Below, in pieces: positions 13,096-35,426 of a stretch of 64,000 nt of DNA. The first letter of the stretch is position 1. Every line of letters starts with the position of its first letter. The notes below the pieces were generated by a model. That model ran no database searches and was not told where the DNA came from. It was given only the letters and a program-made list of their open reading frames with translations. Location of the stretch: NCBI RefSeq assembly GCF_009914755.1, contig NC_060925.1; one strand, written 5' to 3'. The position numbers and the translations under genes are program-made. The DNA is from the human T2T-CHM13v2.0 reference genome, Homo sapiens.

Positions 13096-16000
13096 GTGAG
13101 TATGGGTTGGTGTAAAGGTGTGGATGACGGAGTATCCCTCCCCTTACATCTTAGCTTGAAAATGAGTTCCTTCTCATTGCCTTTTGCATCTCAGAAGAAC
13201 ATAGGATACCGATTGCTTATGTCTGTTCTTATGTTTCCCTCCACAGCAAGCTAAGGACACCTTCCCAAATGTCACTATCCTGTCCACATTGGAGACTCTG
13301 CAGATCATTAAGGTATTGGCCTGTGTCTGCTTTTTCCAGTATTTTTATCTTCATGTCTAAATGGCTCTGGGCTGAGAAAGAAATCCCTACCTTGTCCCCT
13401 TCTCTTTCCTAATCTCCAATGTACTCTAAATGCACCAGGCTTCTTTGTCAGATGATGTGTTAGGGCACGCTAGTGTCCCAGGGATATGTAACCCCTGGGA
13501 GGAATTAAAGAAGTGCTGCTTCCTAGAGAGTGATTGGGGGTGCCAGGTGCTCAGAGGGGACAGGATTTCCGTGGCTTGGGGGTAATTTTGGAAGGTCCCA
13601 TGGAGGTAGCTAAGAAAACAAACGGTGACTTAACCCGAGGAGGTTGTAGATCAGTGAATAAGAGGGAGGAAGGAATTTGGGCAGGATAAGATAATGGGTG
13701 TAAGATCAGTGAAGGTCGGACATAGAGGTGACCAGGTTTGTGACCCAAAGGACATATAAGTGAGTGGTGGGAGATGAGGTGAAAAAATACCCTGGAGTCA
13801 TTTTATAAAGGTCCCTGGAGCCAGGCTGAGCCTCAGGCTTATAATACAGACAATAGGCTGGGTGCAGTGGCTTATGCCTGTAATTTCAGCATTTTGGGAG
13901 GCTGAGGCTGGTAGGATTGCTTGAGATCAGGGGCTTGAGACCAGCCAGAGCAACATAGCATGACCTCGTCTCTACAAAACAAAACAAAACAATTATCAGG
14001 GCATAGTGGCATGCAACTCTATTCCCAGCTACTTGGGCGGCTGAGATGGGAGGATTGCTTGAGCCTGGGAGGTCAAAGCTGCAGTGAGCCATGATTGTGT
14101 CAATGCACTCCAGCCTGGGTGCCAGATTGAGACACCCAAAAAGAATAAAAGAATGTGTGTTAGGGCATGCTAGTGTCCCAAGGACTTGGAATCCCTGGGA
14201 GGAATTAAAGAAGTGCCGCTTCCTAGAGAGTGATTGGGAGCTCCCAGTGCTCAGAGGGGATTAGGATTTCTGTGGCTTAGGGGTAATTTTGGAAGGCCCC
14301 ATGGGGGTATAAAAGAATAAAAGAAAATAATAGCAGCAATAGAGAGTCAATGAGATTTTTGAGCCCAAAGTTATATGATCATAAATTGTTTTAGAAAGAC
14401 AATCTGGTGCTGTTCTTACAATGGACAACATGAGGCAGGAAAGCCAGTGACAAGATCTGCCCAATCATCTAGACAGGAGGTGATGAAAGTATGTTACAAA
14501 ATAGCTGGCTTACCAGGTGATCATTCATTTTACAAAAAGGCCCATGAGAGATGCCTTTAAAAGAGAGCTCCTCCAGTCCTGGGAAGTATTCTAGACAGAT
14601 CCAGTTTTGGGAGGGATTTTGTATGACAGAGTGTAAGGTATATTTGTATTGAGTTACTTTTTTCTCAGGTTTCTCTGCATACGTGAGAGACACACACACA
14701 CACCTCTTCATAATTCTTCTAAGCAGTGATTTATTTGTGGTGAAGAGATGTAGCCACTTACTAAATAATATTCTAGCCAACTGTATTATAGACACAGAAG
14801 ATATGACAGCTAGAAGGGACCCAAAAGACCATCTATTCCAAAACCATCATTTTCAAATGAGGACAGTGAGACCTTGGGAGGGAGCATGACTAGTTAGTGG
14901 CAGAGTTAGGAACAGACCCCCAAATATATGCCCCCATCTTCAGATTCTTTCTCCTCTCAAGGTTGGGAAGTAGCTCATGTGGAATAAGAAAAGGAGTCAA
15001 TAAGGATTCAGGTTCCTTCCCTTCCTTTCCCTTCCCTTCCCTTCCCTTCCCTTCCCTTCCCTTCCCTTCCCTTCCCTTCCTCTCTCCTTCCCTTCCTTTC
15101 TCACTCCCACCTTCCTTTTTTCTGCAGTGTTCCTTTTTCTAGTACCACAGTCTTTGATAGTGCAGAGGGGTGTAACATTTTGCCCTTCTGGTTAAGAGAA
15201 TCAGCAACAGTGAAGGAAGAGAAGGGTTTTTGTGTTGCCATCTAGGAAAAGCTGACACTGGGGCCAAGGAGGCTTTGCTTCTTGAATGAAGATGGGTGTG
15301 CTGTCCCACCGTTAACCACTCCCTGCTTAGACTGAACAGTTAATCTTCTGCAGAGTAACTGGCTCTCAGGGCAGATGGCGGGCAAACTTCTAGAAGGAAA
15401 CTGTCTAGCCAACTTCACTGGGCTGTGCCTGGGAATTTAGAGACTATTTCTTTGGGACATCTGCACTCTGCAGGCTGCAGACCTACCCAAATATGCCCAT
15501 TTCTGCAGCTGTCGGTCTCTCTTGCAAATCTCAGCCTCATTCCAATGACCTTTCTGGTTTTAAAAGGACAGACTACAGGAGAGCTGAGCAGTGTGGTCCA
15601 GAGTAAGGTGGCCAGAATGAATGCAATGTGATTACAGTTGGAGGAATGCATACCTAGCAGGATGACTGGCATGCAACAGCCCTTGCATGTTGGCAGATGG
15701 GAGACATAACAGAGAGGCAACTTCAGCCCCTGTAGTGTAGGGAAGTTCTTTTCAAGAAAGCTGCTCAGCCATCAGTCCTTTTAAAAAGGAGGCAACTGGT
15801 TCCTGGAAAGATTTCAGTGGAAGTTAGTGATGACACGCTAGGGATACTGCAGAGAGAATTAGCCTATGATGGATTCTGGGCCCCATCCTTAGTAAATGTA
15901 TTTCTCGGCCATACAGAAAAAGGGGAGAACTGGAATCTCTTCTCACTATTTTTGTCATAAGTAGCTTTGATGGGAATAAGAGAGGATGAACACTCTGAGA

Positions 16001-18902
16001 CCATTACGAATTTTTCCAAAATGACTTTTAGTTCTCTCATGTGTCGCTGCCCCTACTCAAATGGACTGCCCTGGTCTCCAACATAATGAGAGAAGAGGCC
16101 TCTAGTGTTTCCCTAATTTGTGTTTGTAGCCCTTAGATGTGTGCTGCGTGACCAAGAACCTCCTGGCGTTCTACGTGGACAGGGTGTTCAAGGATCATCA
16201 GGAGCCAAACCCCAAAATCTTGAGAAAAATCAGCAGCATTGCCAACTCTTTCCTCTACATGCAGAAAACTCTGCGGCAATGTGTGAGTCACTGGGTCAGA
16301 ATTCCAGCATCTGCTCCCTGTCTGCCCAAGGAGAGGCCAGGAAGTGCTGGCCCCCATCGGCCTCCTGATATGGTGCTTGGAGTCAAAGGAAATTCTCTGC
16401 GCACGTCCACAGGGAGAACTGTGGAGAACCTCTCCCAGTGGCCACTGCTTCCCCAGGGCTCCCTGCCTGCTGACAACTCCTCAGATGGTCTCCTCCTAGA
16501 TAACCCTCCTGGGGTGACCAACTTATGTCAACATATTCCTTAGTAAGAGGCATGGCAAGGACTCCAGTTCTACTGTAAGCATACCCCTGGTTTCTTTATT
16601 TCTGGCCCTTTGGTGTCTTTACATCAATAAACCTCTGGGTAGTTCCTTGGTATGGCCTATCCCTAAAGGTTACTTAGAAATTCATTGCGATCTATTTAAA
16701 TCCAACATCAGAAACAAAACCAACACAAACCAACAAAAACTTAGACCAGGAGAGAACCTGGGCTCTAGCCCCATTCCTGCTAATGATTTCCTGTGAGACT
16801 TTGTGGCAAGTGACTTCACCTCTCTGTGCCTCGGATTCTAAAATTGTTAGAAGAGTTGATGGCCCCTGTCCTACTTGCATTAATATGATAATGGACTCAA
16901 ATAAATTCACCTAACCAGTTGTTTAATTAACAATTCGTTAAAATTAATTATCTAATTAATAATTAACATTTAACAAATGTTTGTTGAGTGCCTACCCTGT
17001 GGGATGCAGCACTCAGAGTGGTGATAAGACAGATATGGTGCCTGCTTTCCTAGTGCTGACAGTCTGATGTGTTCTAAATGCAGAAAAAACAAAAGGCGTG
17101 GGCAGATGCAGGTGACTCTACAGACAAGCTCTATTCTTCCGTGGCTGCTCCCACCTGAGTTTACTCATCTGACTCTCACTGTGGGAGGGAGGAGAAATGT
17201 CACTTCTCATGTGGGGAGGCAGGAGTAAGAGAGGGCCAGAGTGGAAATGTCCTCTGATAGGAGCTTCCTCCACTTTATCACAGCAGGAACAGAGGCAGTG
17301 TCACTGCAGGCAGGAAGCCACCAATGCCACCAGAGTCATCCATGACAACTATGATCAGGTAAGATCTGGGAAGAGGTTGGGGAAGATGGAAGATGAGAGG
17401 TAGATCCGGAGGGTGCCAGGCCTTCAGCCTCCTCTCCACTTAAATTCATGCATTCACTCTATAAGCAGCCATTGTGGGCAGGCCTCAATTCTCTGTGTCT
17501 GTAAAGAGAGTTTTGATTTTACCTCATTTGCTAATCTCCTGGGCTCCCCATCTCCATCATTCCTCCACCATTTTCTCATACCCTCATATATCAAGCCTGA
17601 CCTGTATGATTTGGGGAAAGCACCCACTGCTTAAGATGGGATGACACAGAGGGAGCAAAGATCCCCCATGAAATGTGAGCTGTTACGCCTGAAACGTGTT
17701 ACCTGCACGCTGTCACTGCGATCACTACCTGCCCCCCCATATTGTGTGTAGTGATGAAGACATGGTACTTCTCATGTTGATGTTGGTGTAAAATGCACAT
17801 CTCACGTGGAGGTAGAGGAAGAAGCAGTGTTTCTCATGAGCATCAGTTCAAGATCTTGTTAAAATGCAGATTCTGGCTCAGCAGGGCTGGGATGAGCCTG
17901 AGTTTCTGCATTTAGATCACACTGTCAAATGATACCAATGCTTTGAAGAGCAAGAGTTAGGGAGTCTGTTATGGGCTCTGCTTCTTTGTGGAGAGACTCT
18001 GTAAGATAATGTTATAGAAATAGCTAAGAGTTACATGGTTCTTACTATAAGCCAGGTATTGCTCTAGGCACACAACAAGTATTAACACACATTCGTCCTT
18101 CCCAACAATGCTATGAGTCATTATCTGCATTGGATACATTAAGAAACTGAGGCTCGAGCAGGTAAAGTAACTAAACTAAGTTCACACTGCAACTGCACGG
18201 CAGAGGTAGGATTCAATTCCACGCTGGCTGGCTCTACAGGACGCGCTAAAAGCATGAACTCAGTCTGCTGAGGAAGGAGGTGGAATAAGGCAGGAGACTT
18301 GGGTTTCATTTCCAGCTCTGTTACTAACTGGCTGTGTGACATTGGGTAGGACACTTGCTCTAGGGGCTTTAGTGCTCTAATATGTCAAATGAGGACAACA
18401 TGCTCTCCCTACCCACTGTCCAGCACCTCAGGGACAAAGATGTTCTGGGATAACAGAAGCACTAAAGCAAGCTGGTGTGGAGAAGAAAATCAGCGGAACT
18501 GGCCAGTAAGGCAGATTTTTTTTTCCTGTGAAAAACAGAGGAAAAAAAAACCTGAGGGAAAAGAATGAAGAATTTTAAAGTTCTGTTTATAAGGAGCTGA
18601 CATAATTTAACTACTTGTTTGTGGGGAAAAAAATTGGTTGCCTGCGAGGAAAATAATATTGAGTCTGTATGTTATGCAAATATATTTCGTGACAAAAAAA
18701 CAAAAACAGAAACAAAACCTTGTGGGAACCAGCATATGAAGAAAGTGACTTGAAAACCATTACACAGTCTAGAAAGGTGGGTTCTTACATTGATCTCTGA
18801 TTTCAGCTGGAGGTCCACGCTGCTGCCATTAAATCCCTGGGAGAGCTCGACGTCTTTCTAGCCTGGATTAATAAGAATCATGAAGTAATGTCCTCAGCTT
18901 GA
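12952..18902 (+). CDS. IL19: Interleukin-19 precursor, 177 aa; join(12952..13095,13247..13312,16130..16282,17284..17358,18807..18902)
   Basis: Spliced translation [29 protein letters not shown]...[23 protein letters not shown] matches known IL-19. It has a signal peptide, the IL-10 family helix-F motif [11 protein letters not shown]-glycosylation sequons NVT and NAT, and GT-AG phase 0 introns throughout. Confidence 0.99.
13247..13312 (+). CDS. IL19: IL19 coding exon 2 ([22 protein letters not shown])
   Basis: ccacag| acceptor, AAG|gtattg donor, 66 nt. Confidence 0.98.
13856..14153 (+). mobile_element. Alu (AluJ-type) in IL19 intron
   Basis: Diverged sense Alu dimer. Confidence 0.92.
15014..15100. 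repeat. (CCCTT)n polypyrimidine microsatellite
   Basis: Read directly from the sequence. Confidence 0.95.
16130..16282 (+). CDS. IL19: IL19 coding exon 3 ([10 protein letters not shown]...MQKTLRQC)
   Basis: tttgtag| acceptor, TGT|gtgagt donor, 153 nt. Confidence 0.98.
17284..17358 (+). CDS. IL19: IL19 coding exon 4 ([25 protein letters not shown])
   Basis: tatcacag| acceptor, CAG|gtaaga donor, 75 nt. Confidence 0.97.
17824..17955. mobile_element. MER5A-like hAT MITE fragment
   Basis: cttgttaaaatgcagattct...gcctgagtttctgcattt. Confidence 0.6.
18807..18902 (+). CDS. IL19: IL19 coding exon 5 ([31 protein letters not shown])
   Basis: tttcag| acceptor, TGA stop at 18900-18902. Confidence 0.98.
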   Translation: MEVHAAAIKSLGELDVFLAWINKNHEVMSSA

Positions 18903-19260
18903 TGACAAGGAACCTGTATAGTGATCCAGGGATGAACACCCCCTGTGCGGTTTACTGTGGGAGACAGCCCACCTTGAAGGGGAAGGAGATGGGGAAGGCC
19001 CCTTGCAGCTGAAAGTCCCACTGGCTGGCCTCAGGCTGTCTTATTCCGCTTGAAAATAGCCAAAAAGTCTACTGTGGTATTTGTAATAAACTCTATCTGC
19101 TGAAAGGGCCTGCAGGCCATCCTGGGAGTAAAGGGCTGCCTTCCCATCTAATTTATTGTGAAGTCATATAGTCCATGTCTGTGATGTGAGCCAAGTGATA
19201 TCCTGTAGTACACATTGTACTGAGTGGTTTTTCTGAATAAATTCCATATTTTACCTATGA
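18903..19260 (+). terminator. IL19: IL19 3'UTR with two AATAAA signals (19085-19090, 19236-19241)
   Basis: Both hexamers read directly from the sequence. The cleavage site is estimated ~20 nt after the distal signal. Confidence 0.8.
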
Positions 19261-19834
19261 ATGGAAGGATCTTTTCATTCAGGGAGAGTCAGTCAAGACT
19301 GAGGACAGGGTGTTTCTGACAGAGGGATGGTTGTCATGGTGACAAAGCTGAACAAGCACAGACACAAGTAAGTAGAGAGGCCACTGGGTAGAGAGGCTGA
19401 AAAGGGTACCAACATCTAGATGGACACTGCATAGATGATTCAGAGCACAAATGTGTATCTTTCAGATTTCATATCACATGCTTTAATGGAAAGAACAAGA
19501 CCTCTGAAGTCCAATTGATCTGGTTCCAATCCTATGTGACTTTGAACAAAGCACTTAACGTTTCTAAGACTCAGTGTCCTCTATTGTAAAGTGGAGATAT
19601 TAACACCAGTCCTGTAGTGTTGCTGTGAGCATCGAGTAAGGAAAAGGTCTCTCATGACCTCAGCAGGGTGGGAGACAGCACGGTGCAATATAAAGACTGC
19701 CGACTCAGGGGCCACCTTCTGGTTCTAAGGCATCTCCTGCCATGAATTTCCCAGGGCAGGTCAGTACATTTCTTTGGTCCTTAGTTGTTAGTATTGTGGA
19801 TACTGACCCTTCTGTACTACCTGCTCCATATAAT

Positions 19835-19995
19835 TATTTATTTATTTATGGAGACAGGGTCTCACTTTGTCACCCAGGCTGGAGCACAGTGGCATGGTCA
19901 TAGCTCACTGTAGTCTCAAACTCCTAGCTCAATCAATCCTCCCTCCTCGGCCTCCCAAAGTTCTGGCATTACAGACTTAAGCCACCACACCTGCC
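19835..19995 (-). mobile_element. Alu monomer (FRAM/FAM-like)
   Basis: Single arm with a (TTTA)n tail. Confidence 0.8.
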
Positions 19996-21115
19996 TCTAT
20001 AATCATTTAAAAGCTGGAGTCATTATGAGGGCTTTGACAACCCTGATATCTGCACACACACCCCTCCTGGCTGTTTTCCCTAACTGTGTCCCTGCTCCTT
20101 CCCCAGGCTCACTGTGACCCAGCCATAGTTGTTTGCTCTGTGTTTCGCAAACACACCAGGCATGTTCTCACCATACAGTGTATGCACTTTGTGTACATGC
20201 ACACTCATAAACTGAGGTAGGGTTAAAAAATAAAACAAACCCTCCACACATTATGCGTTAATGGGATTCATACGCTATTAGGGAGCAGGGTTGTTTGCTG
20301 AGGACCTAACTTTTCCAAAGTGACCTTGGATGGGCACCCACCCTGAGCAGGCTGGGTGATGGCAGTTATAGCATTTCTGATCTTTTATCACTGCCCTGGG
20401 ATGTGCTTCCCCTGGACACCTGCATGGCTTGCACCTCCACGTCTTTCAGACCTTCACTCCAAAGGTCTCGTATTGGAGGATAACCCCCCATTTCCACCTT
20501 CAGCACACTTTGTACCCCTTTCCTGTTTATCTAGCATCCTATTTTGTTTATTAGCTGCTCCTCCACATGAATGTAAGCTTCATGAGTGTAGGGATGGTTT
20601 AGTTTGTTCACTGCCTGGCACTTAGTAGGTGTTAAATTCACAATTCACCTAGATTATTTATTCAAGAAATGTGAATAACCACAAACATGTATATAGTGCT
20701 TCCTATATGCCAGCCGATAGTCTAAGAAATACACTTCTTGTAATATAATATAAATACATATATATATATTTCATTTAATTCTCACAACAATCCTATTGTA
20801 GGTTTTTAGAATGAAATAAAATGAAAAAGGCCACCTCATTGATTGTTAGCAGTATGGATAATTAAACCCTAAGAAGGAAACTAGGCACAGAGAGCTTAAG
20901 TAACTTACCCTAGGCCACATATCGCATAAGTAGAAGAGCTGAGCTTCCAATCCAGGCAGCCACATTCCAGAATGAACTATAATGTCCACAATAATGTACA
21001 TATGTTGAGTTCATCATGTGCCAGGCACCAAGGTGAGAACTTAACTTATGGCTCCTCCTTTACTCCTCACGATAGTTCTCTAAGGTACGATTATAATTAT
21101 AATGTGAATAACTCT

Positions 21116-21412
<297 letters not shown>

Positions 21413-21808
21413 CTAAGGCCATGTTTCTAGTTGTACAACAGAGATTCAAACTCCGGGTGTCCTACTCCAAAGCCTGAGCCCTCCATCATGATGGTTTGTG
21501 GCTTGTGCATCTTGCTCATGTGACAAGAAGCCCACAAGAGAAGGTGATTTACTGGCATAATGACCTGCACCTGTAGGAAATATTGTTATTATCAATGGTA
21601 GTAGAAGTACTAGTAGGAGAGGAGGAGGAGCAGGAGGAAGATAATTGAAGAAGAGCTCATCCTTTCTGAAATGGCTAGTATCTTGCTTAAAACTCTCCTA
21701 GGTCTCTTGTTTGCTTCCTTTCCCCGTCTACTTTTCCTTTCTCTTTTTTCAGACTTGAAGAATATGTCCCAATGCTTTTTGAGTTCGCAGTAGTTCTGGC
21801 ATAGTGGG

Positions 21809-21846
21809 GTGTGTGTGTGTGTGTGTGCGTGTGTGTTTGTGTGTGT
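21809..21846. repeat. (GT)n microsatellite
   Basis: Read directly from the sequence. Confidence 0.9.
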
Positions 21847-22532
21847 TTCTTCACAGAGCTGGTGCTTAAGAAATACATGCTAAGAAGCCAAGAGTAACAT
21901 TATCTCCCAAACCATGCTGAGTCCTCTGTCAGCCCCTAGTAGGTACCCTTGAAAAATCTGGAGCTCACCTCCACTGCTAAGGTGCAAGGGGAGGGAATCC
22001 ATGTCACGCACCAGGGCCATGACAGGTACTTTACACATAGGACCTCATTCAAGCCTCAGAGGAAGCCAAGGGGGTTGGAGTTCTTATCCTCACACGGTCA
22101 GTGAAGGCATCTCAGGCTCAGGGAGGTGGGGGAGCTTGCCCAAGTCCACAAAGCTTTGGGATGGCAGATCCAGAAAATGAATCCAGGCCCCATCTTCCTG
22201 GCTTTGGTGCCCTCTCCTTTTGCTGCTAGGGGAGTTCCTTTTATCCTGGACAAGACTGTATAACCTAGGGCCCAGGTTACTATGTTGAATGCCAGCAATG
22301 AAGATAACTAAACCCAGATGCACCAAAAGGGGCTTGGACTAACTAGCCACAAGCTTCTGAAGTTACACATGAAATTATGGACATACACAGAGCAAAGGAG
22401 CAGAGGCCAACTTCTGAGTATGTCACGCAATGTTCCCGGCCCAGCTGAGGCCTGGGCTCCTCCTGGGGATGCTCTATCCTCCTTCCATCTTCCAGAGCAA
22501 ATTGTTAATAGCCACACATGTTCATACTGCTG

Positions 22533-30680
<8,148 letters not shown>

Positions 30681-31312
30681 TAATAAATGTTGATTGTCCT
30701 ATTTAATTATTCTCAACTTTCCGATTTTATTTCCCATGTAACAGTGTTGTTTTAGGAGAGTTTTACTTGTACATTTATTTATTTACTTATAACTAGCAAG
30801 TATGAAGGCAAGAGACTCTGGCCCAGAGCAGCTGTACTTTCCTCTAGGTCTGCATCTCCAGATGGCTCTCTGCCATGTCCTGGCAATGGCTCTTGTAGTT
30901 TCTGCATGGCCAACCAGGCTCCAGGTAGCCTTCCTGGTTCTCCCTGCTACTCAGGTACCCCTCCCGCAGGCTGGTCCAGTGCTCTGTTCTTCCTCTGTCA
31001 CAGTACTCATCAGTGTGGGACTCTTCCCTTGACTCTATCCAGACCCCTGCTTTGTTCAGCACTGATTGTCATGCCTAGAACAACCGTTAGCTCATAAGAT
31101 GCACTCAATACTCCCCATGCAGCCATGAGCAATGCCTGACTGTGGGTGGCAGGGCTAAGCAATTATTCCTGGATGTAGGTCCACAGCAGGAGTCAGCATG
31201 TCACATTTGGCCAAGGACTTTGGGAGAGGATAAATTCTTAAAAAGTTGCTATGAGCTCAAGTTACATTGGTTTTTTTGTTTGTTTTTGTTTCTTAAGTAG
31301 CAGGTGAGATAA

Positions 31313-32004
<692 letters not shown>

Positions 32005-33293
32005 CTCTAGAGCATTCTAGAGACGTCTATATACTTCGCATTCTGTTACTGAAAGACATTCAATTAGTTCAGTTTCAGAGCTCTGCCACAGAACCACCTT
32101 CAGCGAAGATTCAAGTGCTGTAAATGAGGCTGGATCCAGAACCAGGTCCCATGGAAGGACCATCATGGGAGTGGGAGTGGGTTCAGAATCTAGCTTTCAT
32201 ATCAGGAGATAAGTGTGACTCAGCACACTCTGGTCTGGATGCCTCTGCTGATCACTTCCCTAGACTATGTAAGAGCACTCTGTGCCTCAATTTCCTTATT
32301 TGGAAAATGAAGAGAATAAGCACACATACTTCATGGGGTTGCATGAGAATTAAAGGAACTAGTATTTCATGAAGTCCATAGTGCCTGGCACACAGTAAGT
32401 GCTACAAACAAACAACAAAAGAGCCTGTGGTCACCTTCTAGTGCATCTTAACTCTACCCCCAGCACAGGCTTAACTTCCCAAGAACTGCAGCGCTTCCCC
32501 CAGGGCAGAAAGCCGTCTTCCTCTTGCTCCTTCCTCTCTACCTCCACTCTTAGTTGTGTTCCTTGGGACCCAGAATGGTTTTCCAGTTCTTGACAAGTCA
32601 GAGATACCTCAGTATCCATTTCCTGTCTCAGATTCTGAGCTTCCGAGGGTACAGCTACTTTGTAAATGGCTGCACTCAGTATATAAATGTTCATTGAATG
32701 AATGAATACATGCATGAAGCAAAGGCGGAGCCCACTTAAAGGAAGCCTGTGGCTTTGTCATTGGTTTCGGAACTTCTCAGCCTTCCTTTTATCCTCCACT
32801 TGGATCCTCTGCCTCTGTTCCATGTCCTTGATTTCTAGCTCCATGGCAAAGGAGTCAGTTTTCTGTCTGTCCTTCTTGTCTTTCATTTCTCTTTCACCCC
32901 TGATTATTGTCCTATGGTCCTTAACTTCACATCCTGAAGCCTGAAGACTAGTGTCTCCACTCAACTCCTTGGCTGGCCAGGGCTCTGGGTGTCTTGCTAA
33001 CTGGGGCCCTTCTCACCTAGGAGTGGTGCAGTCCCAAGCGTGCAGGCTAGAGGGCATCATCTGTTCCGACAAGGTCAGTAGTGGCAGAAGCAGCACCTTC
33101 TCACTTGGGCCAGAGGTTCAGCTTTTTCAGACCAGCCGCCCTATGACTGGGGAGAAAGAACTCAAGACTTCACCTCTTCTTCCTCACCTCCTCAATGGCT
33201 CCAAAATGTCCCTCACACCTCACTCAAGAAGAGCAAGGTGTAAGTCTAGATGAGATACCCCTGAGGCAGAGTGCAGGCAGGGTCCTTCTGATA

Positions 33294-33308
33294 CCACTAG
33301 GTGGCTAG
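33294..33308 (+). promoter_or_regulatory. CTCF core motif candidate CCACTAGGTGGCTAG
   Basis: Close match to the CTCF consensus CCASYAGRKGGCRS. Confidence 0.5.
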
Positions 33309-33395
33309 AAATGGTGTCTAATGTGAAAGTTGTTGGATAGTAGAAATCTCAGTCTCTCTGTAGGAAACCAGTGAATGAAAAAGTACTTTGAAAGC

Positions 33396-33626
33396 CAGAG
33401 TTTGAGATCAGCCTGGGCAAAATAGCGAGACACCACAGCTACAAAAATAAAAAATTAGCCAGGCATGGTGGTGAATGCCTGTAGTCCTAGCTACTAAGGA
33501 GGCTAAGATGTGAGAGTTGCTTAAACCCAGGAGTTTGAGGTTACAGTGAGCTATGACTATACCACCGCACCCCAGCCTGGATGACAAAACAAGACCCTGT
33601 CTCTATATGTCTCTCTAAAAAAAAAA
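33396..33626 (+). mobile_element. Alu (AluJ-type), 5' truncated
   Basis: Partial Alu consensus with an A tail. Confidence 0.85.
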
Positions 33627-34257
33627 GGTGCTTTGAATTTGAAATTAGGGAAACACATCAGTAAGCAAGTCAGTTGACCTATTATGATGGATGATGTTGG
33701 TCTAGATTCTGAGTGGGTTACCAAAGGAAAACAGTCACTGATTCTTAGAACGTCTCAGAGTGTAGTTTCTCAAGTTCTTGCTCACAGTTCATTGCAATTC
33801 CACCGTTTTTTTCAACTTTCTTCAATACCTGCTCCTGAACCCCGCCCAGCATCCCCGGGTCACCATACCTCAGGTACAGGAGGTAGAAGTGCTCTCTGGC
33901 CTCAGGAATTTTGTTCCATTTTTCCTTACTGGAAGGAGTAAGGGTTCTTCTGACCCTGCCACATTCTCCATCCTCAAAGCTCACAAACCCATTAGTCTGT
34001 CAATGGGTTTGTGACATACTAACCCTTGCTCAAACCAGACTTTCTCTAAGAAATCTCAGATACCCTCCTTGCCCCTCAGAAGGAATCTCAGTGCCTTTCT
34101 CCTCTCCTCACCCAAATGCCTATTATGAACATAGACTGAATTTTTTAGGAATGTCCTGATAACAAAAATCCTTCCCATCATCCCCTTTATGTCGCCTCAT
34201 TTTTCTCAGACTGTGTGTCACAACTGGGGAGTTGTGGTCACCATGCCCACAGGTATT

Positions 34258-34738
34258 ACAGCAAAGCCTCTTAACCTTTTGTGTGCCATGGATTCCTTTG
34301 GCATGCCAGTGAAGCTTATGAACTCAGAATAATATTTCTAAATGCATAAAGTAAAAGAAATAGGGTTATAAAGGAAACCGGTAGTAGTAAAATACAGCTA
34401 TCAAAATGTGGAAATGACAAATAGGTAATATATATGTGCTTCTTTATTAATGCATTAATGCATGATCTAGCAGTAGGCCTACAAACTGCTGACATTTCTA
34501 AGTAGTAATGAATATAAGTGATATTTTGAGATACCTGAAACCACTGTAATGTGATACAAAAATATTTGTGATTTCCATCAGTGGCAAAGTCATTGGTACT
34601 GCTAATACTATTGTGGTTTGTATTTGTTGCTTATCCTTATAATTGAAGAAAATGCTGAATTTCAATTAGAGGTTAGCAAAAAAAAAAAAAAGACATAGTG
34701 TCTTCTCATCTACCTTCTCCCAAGTTAAGAATTCCTGC
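34258..34738. mobile_element. hAT-Charlie element (MER119/Charlie7-like)
   Basis: cttaaccttttgtgtgccatgg...gttaagaattcctg termini. Confidence 0.55.
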
Positions 34739-34832
34739 ATTAGAGGGTCTGTTGCTTTCATGATGCTATGAGGTCCCATGGAGGGGGGTCCCAAGAGACC
34801 ACATCTTTTCCACTTTGGTAGCCCTTGGGTCA

Positions 34833-35426
<594 letters not shown>

